From NCBI RefSeq assembly GCF_001194135.2, contig NC_068984.1, positions 123,114,700-123,178,699 on the forward strand: a stretch of DNA of 64,000 nucleotides. The letters are read 5' to 3'. Both the position numbers and the translations under genes were made by a program. The DNA comes from Octopus bimaculoides (lineage: Eukaryota). Below, in pieces: positions 48,240 to 63,011 of the stretch (position 1 is its first letter; every line of letters begins with the position of its first letter). Below the pieces are notes generated by a model, which searched no databases, had not been told where the DNA came from, and saw only the letters and a list, made by a program, of their open reading frames with translations.

Positions 48240-48576
48240 GTCAGTATTCATAGTCTTTCTTATTTCCCTTGTTAACGATTATCTCCCTTACATTTATGCT
48301 GTTCATTTCATCTATTCACCAACCATTGATCTTTTTCTGTTGCGGAATTTATCGATTAGAAACCAGATACTCATTGATTTTTGATAAAATCGAAAGGCTT
48401 AAAATAGATCTTGCTTATTTGTCTGAAGCTAGTTATGATTGCTGTGACCTATTTTAAGAATGGTAGTGATAGCTTGTGTAAAAGAAGTTGGCTGTGCAAC
48501 TACTGTAATAAATATATTATTTATCATTTTACCATAATCATCTTCATTATCATCATCAGCTTCATCATCATCATCG

Positions 48577-48612
<36 letters not shown>

Positions 48613-49216
48613 GCTTTATCATCATCATCATCATCATTTTCATTTCATTGTAGTCATTATTACAACTGATAATATAATTTCCCCCCATTTTAACCTCAAA
48701 TTACAATTCATCTAGAAATTTCTGTTTGTTTCAGTTTCATTGGGTGATAGTATAATTCTAACTTCACAGTTCAGTAGTTAGTGTTAAGAAGAACATTCAA
48801 TCAGTGAAGTAAAATTATTTCTTCATCCAAACGTTTACAAATCCATAACCCAAAATTAAAAGCTGTTCATATGCCTCTCCTCCCACAAAAAAAAAATACT
48901 ACCCCGCCTCCAAAGGAACAAAAATATGCACTGTTAAGCGGTGTACATATTTAATTAAAGGGCACTACTATAAAGAGAATGGGAAGAATCCATGTGCGTG
49001 TGCATGTGCATGTGTGTATGTATATATGTATGTATGTATGATGATGATGGTGATAGTGATGATATATTTAATTGACAGTAGGCAGCTTCACATAAATAGT
49101 AAAGGAATATGATGTGATTACTCATATACACACACATGTGCATATGCACACACATATGCACACACATGCGCATGCACTCATGCCTACTCTTGCACTTGCA
49201 TATATATATATGTATG

Positions 49217-49305
<89 letters not shown>

Positions 49306-50126
49306 TTGTTTTAATGTCCATGTTATCATGCTTGCATAGATTAGACAAAACCTATTAAGGCAGGTATTCTAGAGTTGGATACCCTTCCTGTTGCCAACAT
49401 TCATTTGTTTCTAAGCAAACTACTATTTCTCCCTGGTCAGACATGTTTTTGTAGAATATTGGAAATGAATGACACTGCTTGTATGACAGTGACGCTCATT
49501 TACAATGTCACATGATGTCCAGACAGGAAGGCACAAACATTCACACACACACATCATCATCATCATCATCATCATCATCACCATCATCATCATTTAATGT
49601 CTGTTGTCCATGGGCTGGATGGTTTGACCAGAGCTGGCAAGCTGGGAAGCTGCACCAGACTCCAGTCTGATTTGGCATGGTTTCTATGGCTGGACACCCT
49701 TCCTAATGCCAACCACTTCACAGAGTGTGCTGGCTGCTTTTATATGGCACTGCACAGGCACTTTTACATGGAACTGGATGGATACTTTTATGTGATACTG
49801 CATGGGTGCTTCTACGTGGCACCACCACATCTGCTTTTCACTACCAAAGGGACTGGTCTTAACACTTCTGCTATCAGATGACTGGTTTTATGTGGCACCA
49901 CCATGAGTGCTTTTCACTACCAGAGGACTGGTCTTAACACTTCTGCTGAGGAGTATAGGTCTTCTTGAGTACAGCAAGGTGCCAGGCATTTCAGTCCTTT
50001 GTTGTCTCACCTGAAAGGTTCAGTCTCCTGAGGTTGTTGTATGGTACTTCAAACTATGTCTTCCTAGGTCTCCCATTTCCATGTGTTCCATCTACTTTGA
50101 GGGAACGGCACTTCTTTATGGAGTTG

Positions 50127-50164
<38 letters not shown>

Positions 50165-51083
50165 NNNNNNNNNNATATATATATATATATATATATATAC
50201 ATAGATACATATATATATATATAATTATTATTGATAATAAATAAAGTGGTGAGCTAGCAGAATCATTCTCACACCAGACAAAACGCTTAGTAGCATTTCT
50301 TGTAGCTTTATGTTTTGAGCTCAAATTCTGCTGAGGTTGACTTTGCCTTTTCATCTTTACATGGTTGATAAACTAAGTACCAGTTAATCACTGGTGTCAA
50401 TGTAATTGATTATCCCCCTTCCTTATAATTGCTGGCCTAGTGCCAATAGTAGAAAGAATTATAATTGATAATAATAATCCTTTCTACTATAGGCATAAGG
50501 TCTGGAATTTGAGGGGAGGGAGATAGTCAATCACATTAACCCCAGTACTTTCATATGGGTTTTATGGATGGATACCATTCCAAATGCTAACACTTTACAG
50601 AGTGGACTGGATGCTTTTTACATGGCACCAGCACTGGCAAGGTCACCAAGTAACTTGCAAGTTAAAGATCCTTTGGGAGGGTAGTGATGGTATTGAAGGA
50701 GGTAGCTTTGTACCAGGTGATGAGAGATTAGAGTATGACAGAGAGACAGAAACAGATATGTTGTTGTAGAGGAGATACATGGTTACTCCAGTCAGAGAGA
50801 AAGAGAGAGAGAGAATGAGAGAGAGAACAAAAGTAAGTGATAGCAATAGAGCGTGAGAGAGGGAGTGGCAATGTGCCAGACATTACTCTAAAGGTACAAG
50901 GATGTGAATAGAAATGGGACGGTAGAGAATTGCCCAGGGTGCATGAATAGGGTGTTCACGTGAATGCAAAAGTGGTGGGGGGAATGTAGTGACTAGTGAA
51001 ATCTAAGTATATGGGGGCAGGGGGTGACAGGATAGCAATAATATAGTTGGCAGGGTGGGAAGAACACGATTGGGCTGCAAAAG

Positions 51084-51118
<35 letters not shown>

Positions 51119-51344
51119 GTATAATGCATGAAGAAGAGGAGATGTGAAAATGAGGAGAAGAGGCGATGTAGTTTGATTTATTGGGGTATGGTGTGTGAAA
51201 AATTTAATGTTACATGTTTTGCTGAGTTGGACAGGTCTTCTCAAGAACCTCATATCACCAGACATCATAGTCCATCATCATTTCCTCTGTGAGGCCCAAC
51301 ATCTTGAGGTCAGCCCTCATTACTTCATCCTAAGTATATAAGTC

Positions 51345-52500
51345 ATCATCATCATCATCATTTAGGATCCGTTTTCCATGCTGGCATGGGTTAAACAGTT
51401 TGACTAGAACTGGTAAGCCAGAGAGCTGTACCAGGTTCTAGTCTGATGTGGCTTGGTTTCTATGGCTAGATGCCCTTCCTAACACCGACCACTCCACGAG
51501 TGTAGTGGGTGCCTTTTATGCGTCACTAGCATAGGTGCCTTTTATGTGTCATCAGCAAGGGCACCTTTTACATGTCACCAGCACTGGCCATGACTATAAT
51601 TTTATTTGGCTTGATGAGTCTTCTCAAGCACAGCAAATTCCCAAAGGTCTTGATCACTTGTCATTGCCACTGTGAAACCCAACATTTGAAGATCATGCTT
51701 CACTACCTCGTCCCATGTCTTCCTGATTCTACCTCTTCCACATGTTGAAATTTCTACCTGCACCTTCTTTCACATTTTGAGCAGGGCTATTTTCTTTGAG
51801 AGAGTAGAGTCCTGTCTGTTTTCCTGCTTACTAGAAGTTTGGTTTTTGCTAAATTAACTTTAAGGCCCTTCGATTCCAAGGTTTGCTTCCTCACCTGAAA
51901 TTTCTTTTCTGATTCTACTGCTTATTCTGCTTTAGGAATAAGGTCATCAGCATATAATAGTTCTCACAACAACTGGTCTTTAATAAATTCCTCTGTTATG
52001 ACCTGGAGAACTATGAAGAATAAGAGGGGACTGAGACGCGGGTCTTCATGAACTCTTACCTGAACATTATATTTGTTGCTGTTCTTCTTGCCAACTTCCA
52101 CACCTTATTGATAGAACCCTTGTACATGACTTGTATGTTTTGCACCAGCTATTCATCTACTCCTAGCTTCCTCAGAAACCACAAGATCACAGAGTGAGGG
52201 ACCTTGTTAAAGGCTTTCTCCTGGTTGACAAATACCCACTACAATGACTTACTTCTGATTAAATACCTCTCCACTTGTCTTATTAGAAAGAAGGCATCAA
52301 TGGTACTTCTCACTGGCACAATGCCAAACTGAATCACATCTAGTGCAATACTCTTCCTAATTAAATGTTCTATAACTTGTTTCGTAACTTTCATGACCTG
52401 GTTCAGCAATTTGATACCTTTATAATTACTTCTATCTAAGGCGTCTCCTTTACCTTTGTATAGTTGACTATAATGCTGCTGCACATGTTGTTGGACATGA
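51345..52500 (-). mobile_element. Decayed RTE LINE (RT core + 3'UTR, deleted)
   Basis: YKGKGDALDRSNYKGIKLL, QFGIVPVRSTID, YADD and GLKVNLAK motifs, with the family 3' tail at ~51345. Confidence 0.85.
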
Positions 52501-53059
52501 CACCTTGTAATAACTGATTAACTATATGGATGACGAGGCTGTTTCCCCCACACACACAAATACACACACATATGTCTATAATTTTGTGATGTGTTATATT
52601 GATCACAACATATAACCAATGTTTAGAACTCCATATCTTTGGTTTCGCATCAAAAGATCCATATGTGAGGTGCCAATGAGTTATTATTCCATGTTCTTTA
52701 TTGTAGTTCCATTTTGATATTTTGAATACAGTGTACATATAAGAAACAAATTTGGAAACAAAATTTTAAGTTTGTTCAATACATTCTGACATGTATATCA
52801 TAAACAACAATATCTGTTATATATGGAAATACCTCATAAGCAGACTATATTATCAAATCATCAGAGATTGCATAACAAAAATGAAAAAATGTTAAGCTAT
52901 ATAATAACCTTTGGACAGTATAACAACTGTATTGAGTTGGGTCAAGGTATTTACTTAATTCATTGTGACCACAGTCAATGTGTGCACTTGCTCTTGTTAT
53001 TGGTGTCATCTTTACAAGCAATCTATCGTCTTGGGTGGATGTCAGATGCTCCTTTATCA

Positions 53060-54430
53060 AGAACTTAATGACAGCATGCTGCTTTTGCTTGGAAGTGTAG
53101 CGGCACTAACGTTGTCCACACTCAAATGGTGCGTCTTACGTGCCACCGGCATGGGTGCCAGTTGGGCGGCACTATCATCAGCCATGACTGATTTTGCTCA
53201 GTTCAACAGGACTTCACAGGCACAGCATATTGCCCAACGATTGAAAGGTGCTTTTTTTTAAACAAGTCAGTTATGTGACACTGGTATTGGCCATGACTAT
53301 GATCTCACTTGGCTTGCTGGGTCTTCTCAAGCATGGCATATCTTCTAAGGTCTTGGTCACTTGTCATTGCCTCTGTGAGGCCCAACGTTCAAAGGTCGTG
53401 CTTTATCACCTCATCCCATATCTTCCTGAGTCTGCTTCTTCTACAGGTTCCCTCCACTGTTAGTTGCGTGATACTTCTTCATGCAACTGTCTTCTTCCAT
53501 ACATATCACATGACCATACCAACACAGTCATTTCTCTTGCACACATCTGATGCTTCTTATGTCCAACTTTTCTCTCAGGGCACTTCCACTCTGTTGTGTA
53601 TGCACACTGACATTACACATCCAATGGAGCATACTAGCTTCATTTCTTTCAAGCTTACGCATGTCCTCAGCTGTCACAGCCCACACACAGGCATCATACA
53701 GTCTACCTTTTACTCTGAGCGAGAGGTAGGTGCTCTAGCAGAGGTAGGCGCTCTCTGAACTTTGCCCAGGCTATTCTTATTCTCACTGCTACACTCTCAG
53801 AGCATCCACCCCCACTACTGACTTGGTCAACTAGGTAACAGAAGCTATCAACTACTTCTAGTTTTTTCCCCTGGCATGTGATGGAATCTGTTTTCTGTAC
53901 ATCTTCAGTGTTTATTGCTCCTGTGCATCTGCCACATACAAAAAATATCTTCCCAGTTAACCTTCCTTTGATATTGCCACACTTCTTATGTGTCCATAGC
54001 TTACACCAGGTACATCTTAAGGAGTTTCTACCTACACCTTTTCTACAGATTGAACAGGGCCATCTATATGAAGAGATTTGTGATTTGTCCGCCTTCCTAT
54101 TTACTAAGACTTTGGTTTTTGCTAGGTTAACTCTAAGGCCATCAGTGGTGCTTCTCCCTGGCACAAACCCAAACTGTATCTCATCTAAATTAACTCTCTC
54201 CCTAATTAGTTGGGCTATGACCCTCTCCTTGACTTTCATCACCTGAGCTAACAATTTGATACTTCTGTAATTATTCCTATCTAAGACGTTACCTTTACCT
54301 TTGTAGCAATTGACTATGGTGCTGCTACACCAGTCATTGGCTATGACTCCTTCGTGTATCACCTGGTTAACTTTATGGGTGACTAGACTATAGCCTACAC
54401 CACCAGATATTTTAAGCATCTCAGCAATGA
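53060..54430 (-). mobile_element. RTE LINE with in-frame deletion of RT core; intact PHD-like finger
   Basis: The 238-aa ORF 53703-54419 joins GFVPGRSTTD directly to GLRVNLAKTK at 54141/54140. The RTE C-terminus and 3'UTR follow. Confidence 0.9.
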
Positions 54431-54813
54431 TGTAAGGTTTTTTATAAGGTTAATTATTTGTTCTAACTGAAATTTAGTTGTGTTGATAGTTTTTACTGTA
54501 ATCCAAATTTATTTTTTTTATATATTTATATTATGAAACTTCAAGACTGAAAGATAAATTTGAAAGTATTTGTTGTATACCATAAGTTAAATCATTTCTC
54601 TGGCAAAAGGCAATGAAAGAGCTTCAACATGTTCACTCAACTGGCTAGAAATAACAACCAGATCTCACTCAAATCACATTGATCTTTCATAAAAATAGAA
54701 CACATTAAATAATATAGCCCTACAAATTCATAAAATCTTGGGATGGTCGTAGCTGGAAGATTTTTTGATTATCAGTCTGCTGGGTCAGGGTTGATCTGAA
54801 ACTAGACAGCACA

Positions 54814-54854
<41 letters not shown>

Positions 54855-55312
54855 AACAAGCATGACTAGTTAGCATAACTCATCATTATCACAATCCTGT
54901 TGATTTTTATTAAAAATCTCCCAAAACTAGTTTTGCTGGTTTTTGGCAGGGGAACTAGTTGGTGGTAAACACTGCTGAAATTATTTGATCTTCAGAAAAG
55001 ATATCTTGTTTAGAGCTACAGTTCTATAGCTTAGACTTCAGACTTGCTGAAATCTTGTTAATACACAGATTTTTCTCATGGTATGAGTAATCATGCAAAT
55101 ATTTTCTTTATTGATATAGTTTTGATAGTTAAATTACATTCAGCATTAATCTATCATCCTGTTCCCCTACCACTGTCCTGTTATTCTTGTATGAGGTCTT
55201 GATATGTAACCTTCTAACATGTCTTCATTGGTTTAACTCTTGTCACCCAAAATACCCCATTCATTATCTATTTGAAACTGTTGTCCAGACTAATGTTGTC
55301 ATCTGTCTAGAT

Positions 55313-55605
55313 CAGTGGTTCCCAAAAGGGGCGGTACTGCCCCCCCCACTGGGGGCAGTGGAAACATCCAGGGTGGGGGCATTGAAGAAAAGTCAGGCAA
55401 TAATGGGGTGGCCAAAAGAGGGTCATGAATGTAAAAACGACAAAATAATAGGTTAATTAAGTTCAATTTTATTTGTGAAATATAGTTGTTTTGAATTTGC
55501 TGCAAGAACGTGGTCTACATTTGAGATGGTGATGTGGGGGGCAGCGCTAGGAATATGGCCTAGGTGCCAAGGAGGTGGCAGCCCTAAAAAATTTAGGAAT
55601 CGCTG
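55313..55605. mobile_element. hAT (Charlie-type) MITE, 293 bp
   Basis: TIRs CAGTGGTTCCCAAA / CAGCGATTCCTAAA (11/14 match). 8-bp TSD GTCTAGAT / GTCTAGGT. Confidence 0.85.
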
Positions 55606-58600
55606 GTCTAGGTAGATTGACCAACGACCAATACTTTGATATCAATAACTTTCACAATTCACTTGTATTTAACTTGTCTTTCTCGTGCACAGTTGCTCAG
55701 TTAAGGTAGCTGACACCCATCACTTGAAATATTTTCATAATTTGGCAATTAAAAAACAAGACTCTAGTGTTATCCCATAAGGCTTAACTGCAGTAAAAGG
55801 CAGGCCTGTAGAGAAATTGACATTATTGACTGGTAAATTCACAAACCTATTTTTTGGTGACATGATAATGTTAATAATGTTACTTCTTGTGCACATTATA
55901 CGTCTAACCTCTTAGCATTCAGATTATTCTGTCAAATGTAATGCTTACTTAGTCACCCCGTTTTGAATAAATCATGCATTATTTATCTCATACTGTTGAG
56001 ATTATAATGATGTGATTTTTTATTTTTAGAATGACATTGTAGTGTAAGCCTGAGAGGCTGGATCTCACTGGCTTGAACATAAAACAAATAGAAAATTTGG
56101 GCCAAATATGGTTAGTTTAAATGCTAAAGGGCTAATATGCATATTTGGCTTATTCTTTTTTAAGCATTGCTGGTCTTTGGTATTTATTGTCCATGTTTCA
56201 TGGTCATGCAATATTACATGTCTGACATTAGGCCAATCCAGTTCTTTTGGAATCATAAAGATTCATGAGCTAATGTTTATCTGCAGTTACCATATCGAGA
56301 GACAGGTGAGAGTCATTGATCTTCTTGAATAGTATGCTAGTCTATTGCAGGTAACTTTCTCCACAGTGGGAAATGAATTCAGTGTTGCAAAATGATGAAT
56401 AACTCATCAGCTACACATTGTTGCTATATACTCACTCTGTGGCATCTAGTTCAAGCTAATTAACCTGTATCACATTTAACACCTTAGGTAGACTTTATCT
56501 GTGGATGTTAAGTGTTTTGGCTGTAGATTCACACACACGCACGCACGCACGCACACACACACACACACACTTTCATTCATGTTCCTTGTATTTCCTAATT
56601 AGTTAATACACTATTTCAGACATTTCATTGTTTTTCATCTTATATGTCCATTTACTGTGGGGAGATTTTGAAATCATGATCTTGAAGTCTTTTTTTAGTT
56701 AATATTATTAAAATTCCTCTCAAGTTCCTAGATTAGTTTTATTTTTAATCAACAACTGAATAATTTGGAATTGTATAGTACTCTTTTTATATTTCTACTT
56801 TTATTATACTTTTAAACAAAATTCAGCATCACCACATCATCTTCATCATTATTACCGCCACCATCATTATCATTGTCTTTATCATTTATCTCACACGTAC
56901 AGCATAATCTCCTGCAAGCGTAAACACTACACCTTTGCTAACTTTGCTTGCTCTCATCTCACCTACTAGTGACATCTGTGGCTTTCTCTAGTGATATTCA
57001 CAGCTTCACTAGTTGTTATTGTTCTTGATGTTTATTTAGCTCAAGGTGAATCTGGTCAAGCTGATCTATGACCAAAGGTATTCCACATCTTTTATTCAGA
57101 TGTACTATACCTAGGGCCACATTATCAAATATGTTCTTCCTTTTTTAGGATAGTTGAATGTGATTTGAAGGAAATTTAGCAGCTATTTCTTGTGTTATAT
57201 GTGTAATCATGATCATCGTTTAACGTCCGCTTTCCATGCTAGCATGGGTTGGACGATTTGACTGAGGACTGGTGAACCAGATGGCTACACCAGGCTCCAA
57301 TCTGATTTGGCAGAGTTTCTACAGATGGATGCCTTTCCTAACACCAACCACTCCGAGAGTGTAGTGGGTGCTTTTACGTGCCACCGGCACGAAGGCTAGT
57401 CAGGCGGTACTGGCAATGGCCACGCTCAAAATGGTGTATTTTATGTGCCACCTGCACAAGAGCCAGTCCAGGGGCACTGGCAACGATCTTGCTCGAAAGT
57501 CGTTACACATGCCACGGGCACAAGTGCCAGAACGGCGATGCTGGGCACAGGTGCCATTTAGTTATGTTGATGTACATATTGTAGATATATGTCATGTGTT
57601 TGGTTGGCTTCTTGCCATGGCCTCCTAGTATCAGCCTTACAAATCCTAGTCATGTTATTCAAATACCTCAAGTAGGTTCTTAATTGGAATACTCATCAAT
57701 TATAAGTCATATTATCCCAGATAATTTGGTCCTATTCTCAATATCTTGATGAACTGAAGGGTTACATACGTGCTGCTTTAATCCTTTAACATTCAAACTG
57801 GCCATATGTGGCCCAAATATTCTTCCAGTTTCATGTTGAAACCAACCAGATCAAGCCTCTCATACCTACCCTACAATGTTATTCTCAAAGTAAGCTACCA
57901 TATCATTTAAATCTTGAAGCTGTAAAATAATATATGATTAATTTTTTTTTAATGTAAATGAATAAGCATTACATTTGACAGAGTTATCTGAATGCTAAAG
58001 GGTTAAGCAATAGGGTTCTGTTCAATGATGAATTTAAATTAATTTCCTTTATTACTACCCATGTTCAAATCCCTTTACTATGGGAAGCCATTGGATTTAA
58101 ATGCATTTTCATATTATAAAATGGTTGTAAAATAGAGTGAGTTCACTTTATTTTTCAGTTAATGTTACCATTCATTTCCCATGAATTGATAAAATAAGGA
58201 ACAATTATATAGTGAGGATGAGTAAATTAACCACATTCATATTGCTTGCTACATTGGGTATGATCAATAAAGCCAATTATTTTCTCCATTATGTAACTTT
58301 GTATTTGTTTTTTTTTTAATGAATTTAGACATTTCCAGTCTGAAACTTGCTTTATATTTAAATATTCTATCTTTGCATTTGATTGGAATACATTTATATT
58401 GATGACATACTTATTTATCTAAATTACATTCTAAATGCTATATAACTTGTTTGTATCAGCTGTTCACTTCCTGTTTAATTCAGGTTTTCCAGTATGCTAA
58501 TAATTGATGTTGTAAGCAATATCCTTTTGACGTAGTATATTTTAATATTCATGTATCTAAGGCAGGACAACGGCAGAAAGAGTATAGTGCCTGAGTAAAT

Positions 58601-59575
58601 AACTTGGATTTAGTCACCTCTGAGTTCAAATCCCATCAAAATTGACATTGCTTTTCATCCCGCTAGAGTCATCATTATGATGGTAGATTAATTACCAGAT
58701 ATATACTAAAGTTATTCCAATCACCTATATTTGCTTCTTAAATATTTGTGGCCTTGTTCCAACATGAGAAATGAAAAGTCGTGTATTTTACTACAAATGA
58801 AGATCTCAAGTTATGAATAAAGTCTATTATTAATCCCTTTGTTATTACATTTCTGTTTGAATACACTTTGTTTCAATAAATTTAGAAAATAATAAAGAAT
58901 ACATTAAAATAACTTTTCATTATTAAGCTGGTGTTTGGAACATAATTTGATATGAAATTTTGATAGAATGTTCTAATTTAGATGAATTTTAAAACAGGAA
59001 ATTTGTATCACAGAACCAGGGGCAGTTTCTGACAGATTGGTGCCGAAAGGGTACACATTAATAGTTTTTAACTGAAACGATCTATTACGAGCCTTTCTGT
59101 TCTATAAAAATAAGTATCAGTTGATAAAGTCAGTGTTGGTATCAATATATTTGGTTGTATACTGGAAGGTAGGGTCCTAGCATGACCATAGCTCACCAAG
59201 TGAAACCAGTGCAAGAATAAAAGAATACTCTTATAGTTACTGGCTCATCACTAAGCTGTTGCTTAGCATTTCCATTGGAGATGTTAAATGATGGAATATG
59301 AAACTTTACTCAATTTCTAATAGGACACAAGCCTATATAATCTTTCCAATCTGATCTTACTAATTTACATTCTATTTTCTTGAAAACCGAAAAATCGTTT
59401 TATTTTGCCAAGTTTTTCAATGTTTGTCTTTCTTCGTTTAATCATCTCATATTTCTTTTAGGAGTTATGATATTGCCTGATTTATCTACTCTCAACACAA
59501 CTGAACATTCTTAATTTCTTTTCATTAATCCTGTTGAAATCATTGCTAATGTTATCATGTCTGAATATTTTGTAG

Positions 59576-59654
59576 AAAACTCTCCTGTGGTATTAGCAGA
59601 TTTCGAGAGCTACTACGGGCAGTCGAATCTCGTTACACCCAAAGTTTACGACAG
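59576..59654 (+). CDS. TTC7: TTC7 coding exon 5
   Basis: ttgtag acceptor and gtaata donor, 79 nt. Encodes KLSCGISRFRELLRAVESRYTQSLRQ (compare TTC7B GVGRFRELLRAVETRTTQNLRM). It is not in the ORF track. Confidence 0.95.
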
Positions 59655-61083
59655 GTAATATTTTGTTTAGAAATGTTATCCATTACCCTTTGTGTGTGTT
59701 TTACTTCTTTGGTAGATTTATTTCAAACTAGCACCTGATCAATTTCTTTCCTCTTATAACCACATGGTGGAGGTCACACTTATTGATGACTGTTAAACTT
59801 TGGGATGGATAAAGAACCATTAAATAAGTATAAATCATAGACCATCATCATCATCATCGTTGTCGTCGTTTAACGTCTGCTTTCCATGCTGGCATGGGTT
59901 GGATGATTTGACTGAGGGCTGGCGAGCCAGAAGGCTGCACCAGGCTCCAATGGAGACATTAACATGTATTCAACTGTAGATATCTTCAATTTTTTTATTG
60001 TTACAGTAAGAGAATATGCTCTATATCCTTTTCTACCACTACTATAATGGTCCCTTCTATGTTTGAATTAGCTAGTTATGTACCTCTTAAGTTTACTTGA
60101 TTTACTTGTCTGTCCTCCTGATATTGTCTCTATTGTATATTACTTATCAAAACTTGTACTAAACATTTTCTCCAATCCTTCCCAAAACTGTAACCCTTTG
60201 GAACTCACTCCCTAAACACATTAATAATAGAAACAACTGTTTGCCATCTTAAGAAATACCAGGACATTTACCACTCCTTTATACATCAGCTGAAGATATT
60301 TAATGATCAGCTGCTCTCTCCTTTCACTTGCATCCAGTTAACATTACATGTCTGATAATACAGTGACACTTTCACAATTAACAAATACTAAGTTTGCAAC
60401 TGCACATGTAGATCCTGCATTGGCCTACATAGTCACATGCAGGTCTTCAGAAGTTAAAATCTGGTGGCTGATGACAATGTTTAATGGATTACATTCATAG
60501 CATTGCTCCAGCCTGTATAAATATTCCACATTCATCACTCTTGTTTCTCTATCGTGTAACATCACTTTTCTTACATATACTTCATACTGTCTGCTCTTCA
60601 CATGAAGAGAAAAAATCCTTTGTTGACAACATCAGTAACCATTCCAGAAACTTCTTCCACCTCTTCATCACTCTGGCAACTATGCTTTCACTTCACTTGC
60701 CACCACCTCCCTCCCCTCCTACACTAATTAGATCATCTAGGTGGCATAAAATATCAGCTGTGTTTAGTAAGCCATCTGACTAGTTAATAGATTTCATTTC
60801 ATTGTTACAGCTAATTACCCCTGTGCATCTATCACATCTCAAGTTCTCTCTCATGATTCAAACATTAAAAAAATATAATCTATTTGTATTATGTAACATC
60901 TGTTTATTAGTTCTTGGATTACTTCAGAATTTCTTAGTATTTTCTATAAATCTCATTATTCAAGCATTAAGATAAATAACATTATATCTATAACTTCTGA
61001 TTGTTTAAATAACAGCCGTATTTATGCAATTGTATCTCTATGTTATTACTTTTTTAGTAATTTTAAAGTTTTGTGATATTTAG

Positions 61084-61220
61084 ATTCTTTCCCGTCAGCT
61101 GGCTGAAGTTTTGTTGAGGGGTGTCTGTGAAAGAACATACATTCAATTAGATCTTAACTCTGAGAATTCAGAATCAAGAAGTGGAAACACAGCTGTTCCT
61201 AGAATGTATGCTGGAGATAA
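61084..61220 (+). CDS. TTC7: TTC7 coding exon 6
   Basis: tttag acceptor and gtaagt donor, 137 nt. Encodes ILSRQLAEVLLRGVCERTY...PRMYAGD (compare TTC7B IARQLAEILLRGMCEQSY). Confidence 0.95.
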
Positions 61221-62504
61221 GTAAGTAAAGCAGAAATTTTTGTGAGAATTTTTAGAAAATATTTGTTTTATGTATATATATCTTTGTCTCTATCTTATTT
61301 TCTATTGTTATGTTTGTGATAATAAATTAAGAAATTGACATATTGTAGTGGCTTGAATACGAGGTGGGAATGTTTAGCAAATGTTGGGAGGAAAAAGTGC
61401 TGTGGGCTACTGGTTGATTATGGTTTAGTCAGAAGCAGGTTAATGAAGATTAGATGTTAAGGTAATATATATGAATCAGGCATCTCTGTATATAACATTG
61501 AATGCTGCTAAGTGAGAGTGTGGATAGCCAACTTAGACAATCTGCTTAATGGTTGGTGATTCATATGCCATCACTAGCATGTGTTGTCTTCATATTCTTG
61601 AGAGACCCAGTCCAGATAGCTGTATAGAGATACATGAACTGAGAGAGTTTTGAACAGCTTACCGCCATCAGCAGTAGCAGTTTTGATTTTAACTTATTCT
61701 GCGAGTAATGTTTGTAGACAGGCAGGTGGGCTCTGACAGATTGACTTAGATAAATGGGCCCCTGACTTTATCAATAGTAATAATTTCAAACATAGACACA
61801 AGTAATGATATGTTGTGTATTTTTACAAAATATGATGGTTTAAAGGATACTTGTAACTGGCTAAGTTTAATAGCTTGTTGGCTGAGAGAAATGCTGATTC
61901 ACGTCTTCACATTATTGTTGTAGTCTTGTTATTTATGACCAGTCAGCTAAATTTCATTGATTTGTCCAACTTGATTGTAAAGAGGCACCATTTGGAACTG
62001 AAGCATACTGTTGTAAATAGCAGTAGAACTGTGTGAATAATGAATGTTTCCCTAGCTTACAATATTTAGTTTAAATCTTTCAAGGCTTGACATCAGGCTG
62101 ACTTGTTTCATATACACTACATGGAACTGATGTTTTAAACTGTACTCCTATTGATGCAAATTGCTGGTAAAAAAAGTACTAGCTAAGTACTGGGGTCAAC
62201 GTAATTGACAGTGCGCTCCCCGTAAATTTGAGACCTTGTACCTCTGTAAGAAATCAATATTTTGCTGTAAGCATTCAGACATTCATAACTGTATGTCATC
62301 ATCATTTTAACATTCACTTTTCCTGAGTTGAATGTCTCTTTAAAACACATGTACTCCGTTGATTAATTGTTGCACTTATCTAAAATGTTTGCCAAAAGTT
62401 TTGGACTATACTAACTAATACACACATTACACACATGGATACAAACATGTAAGCACATAAACACAGTCTATTTTAATCTCAGAAGTATTTCTCTTTAATT
62501 ATAG

Positions 62505-62568
62505 GCTATTTACACCAGCAAATGAGAATGAGGAAGCCCTTTTGTTACTTCTTATTGCTGAAGCTATT
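62505..62568 (+). CDS. TTC7: TTC7 coding exon 7 (gene continues beyond the window)
   Basis: tatag acceptor and gtaagt donor, 64 nt. Encodes LFTPANENEEALLLLLIAEAI (compare TTC7B IFCPQENTEEALLLLLISESM). Confidence 0.95.
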
Positions 62569-62970
62569 GTAAGTAATTGCTTATTATTTATTTTAAATTT
62601 GCTGTATAAGCCAAACACTTGTTGCTTACCATTTACCTGAGTGCGCAGCAGTTACTGTGCTTCTCTTAACAAATGGATTCTTTCTCTTATTATCAAAAAT
62701 AGATTATGTATATTATATGTTATAAATACGATGTTCTATGTCTGTGAAACTTTACAATGAATTCTTTCTCTTTTTATCAAAGTTGGGTTTATATATATGT
62801 CATAAATATGATAATCTGTGGTTGTGAAACTTGACTTGTGGAGTGATGACAGAGGGTGGTCTATAAGAGTGAAGGTAGATGGCCTGTAGTGGCTAGACAG
62901 ACTGTACAGTATATATGTAAATAATGTATTGTTATATGACAGTACACATAAAGGGCCTGTAATGACTGTA

Positions 62971-63011
<41 letters not shown>

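Noticed and set aside
54815-54851. Long poly(A) flanked by ACAAGCA as a possible orphan poly(A) retro-insertion
   Set aside because: The 7-nt A-rich repeat is easily coincidental, and the tract sits at the end of a SINE fragment.
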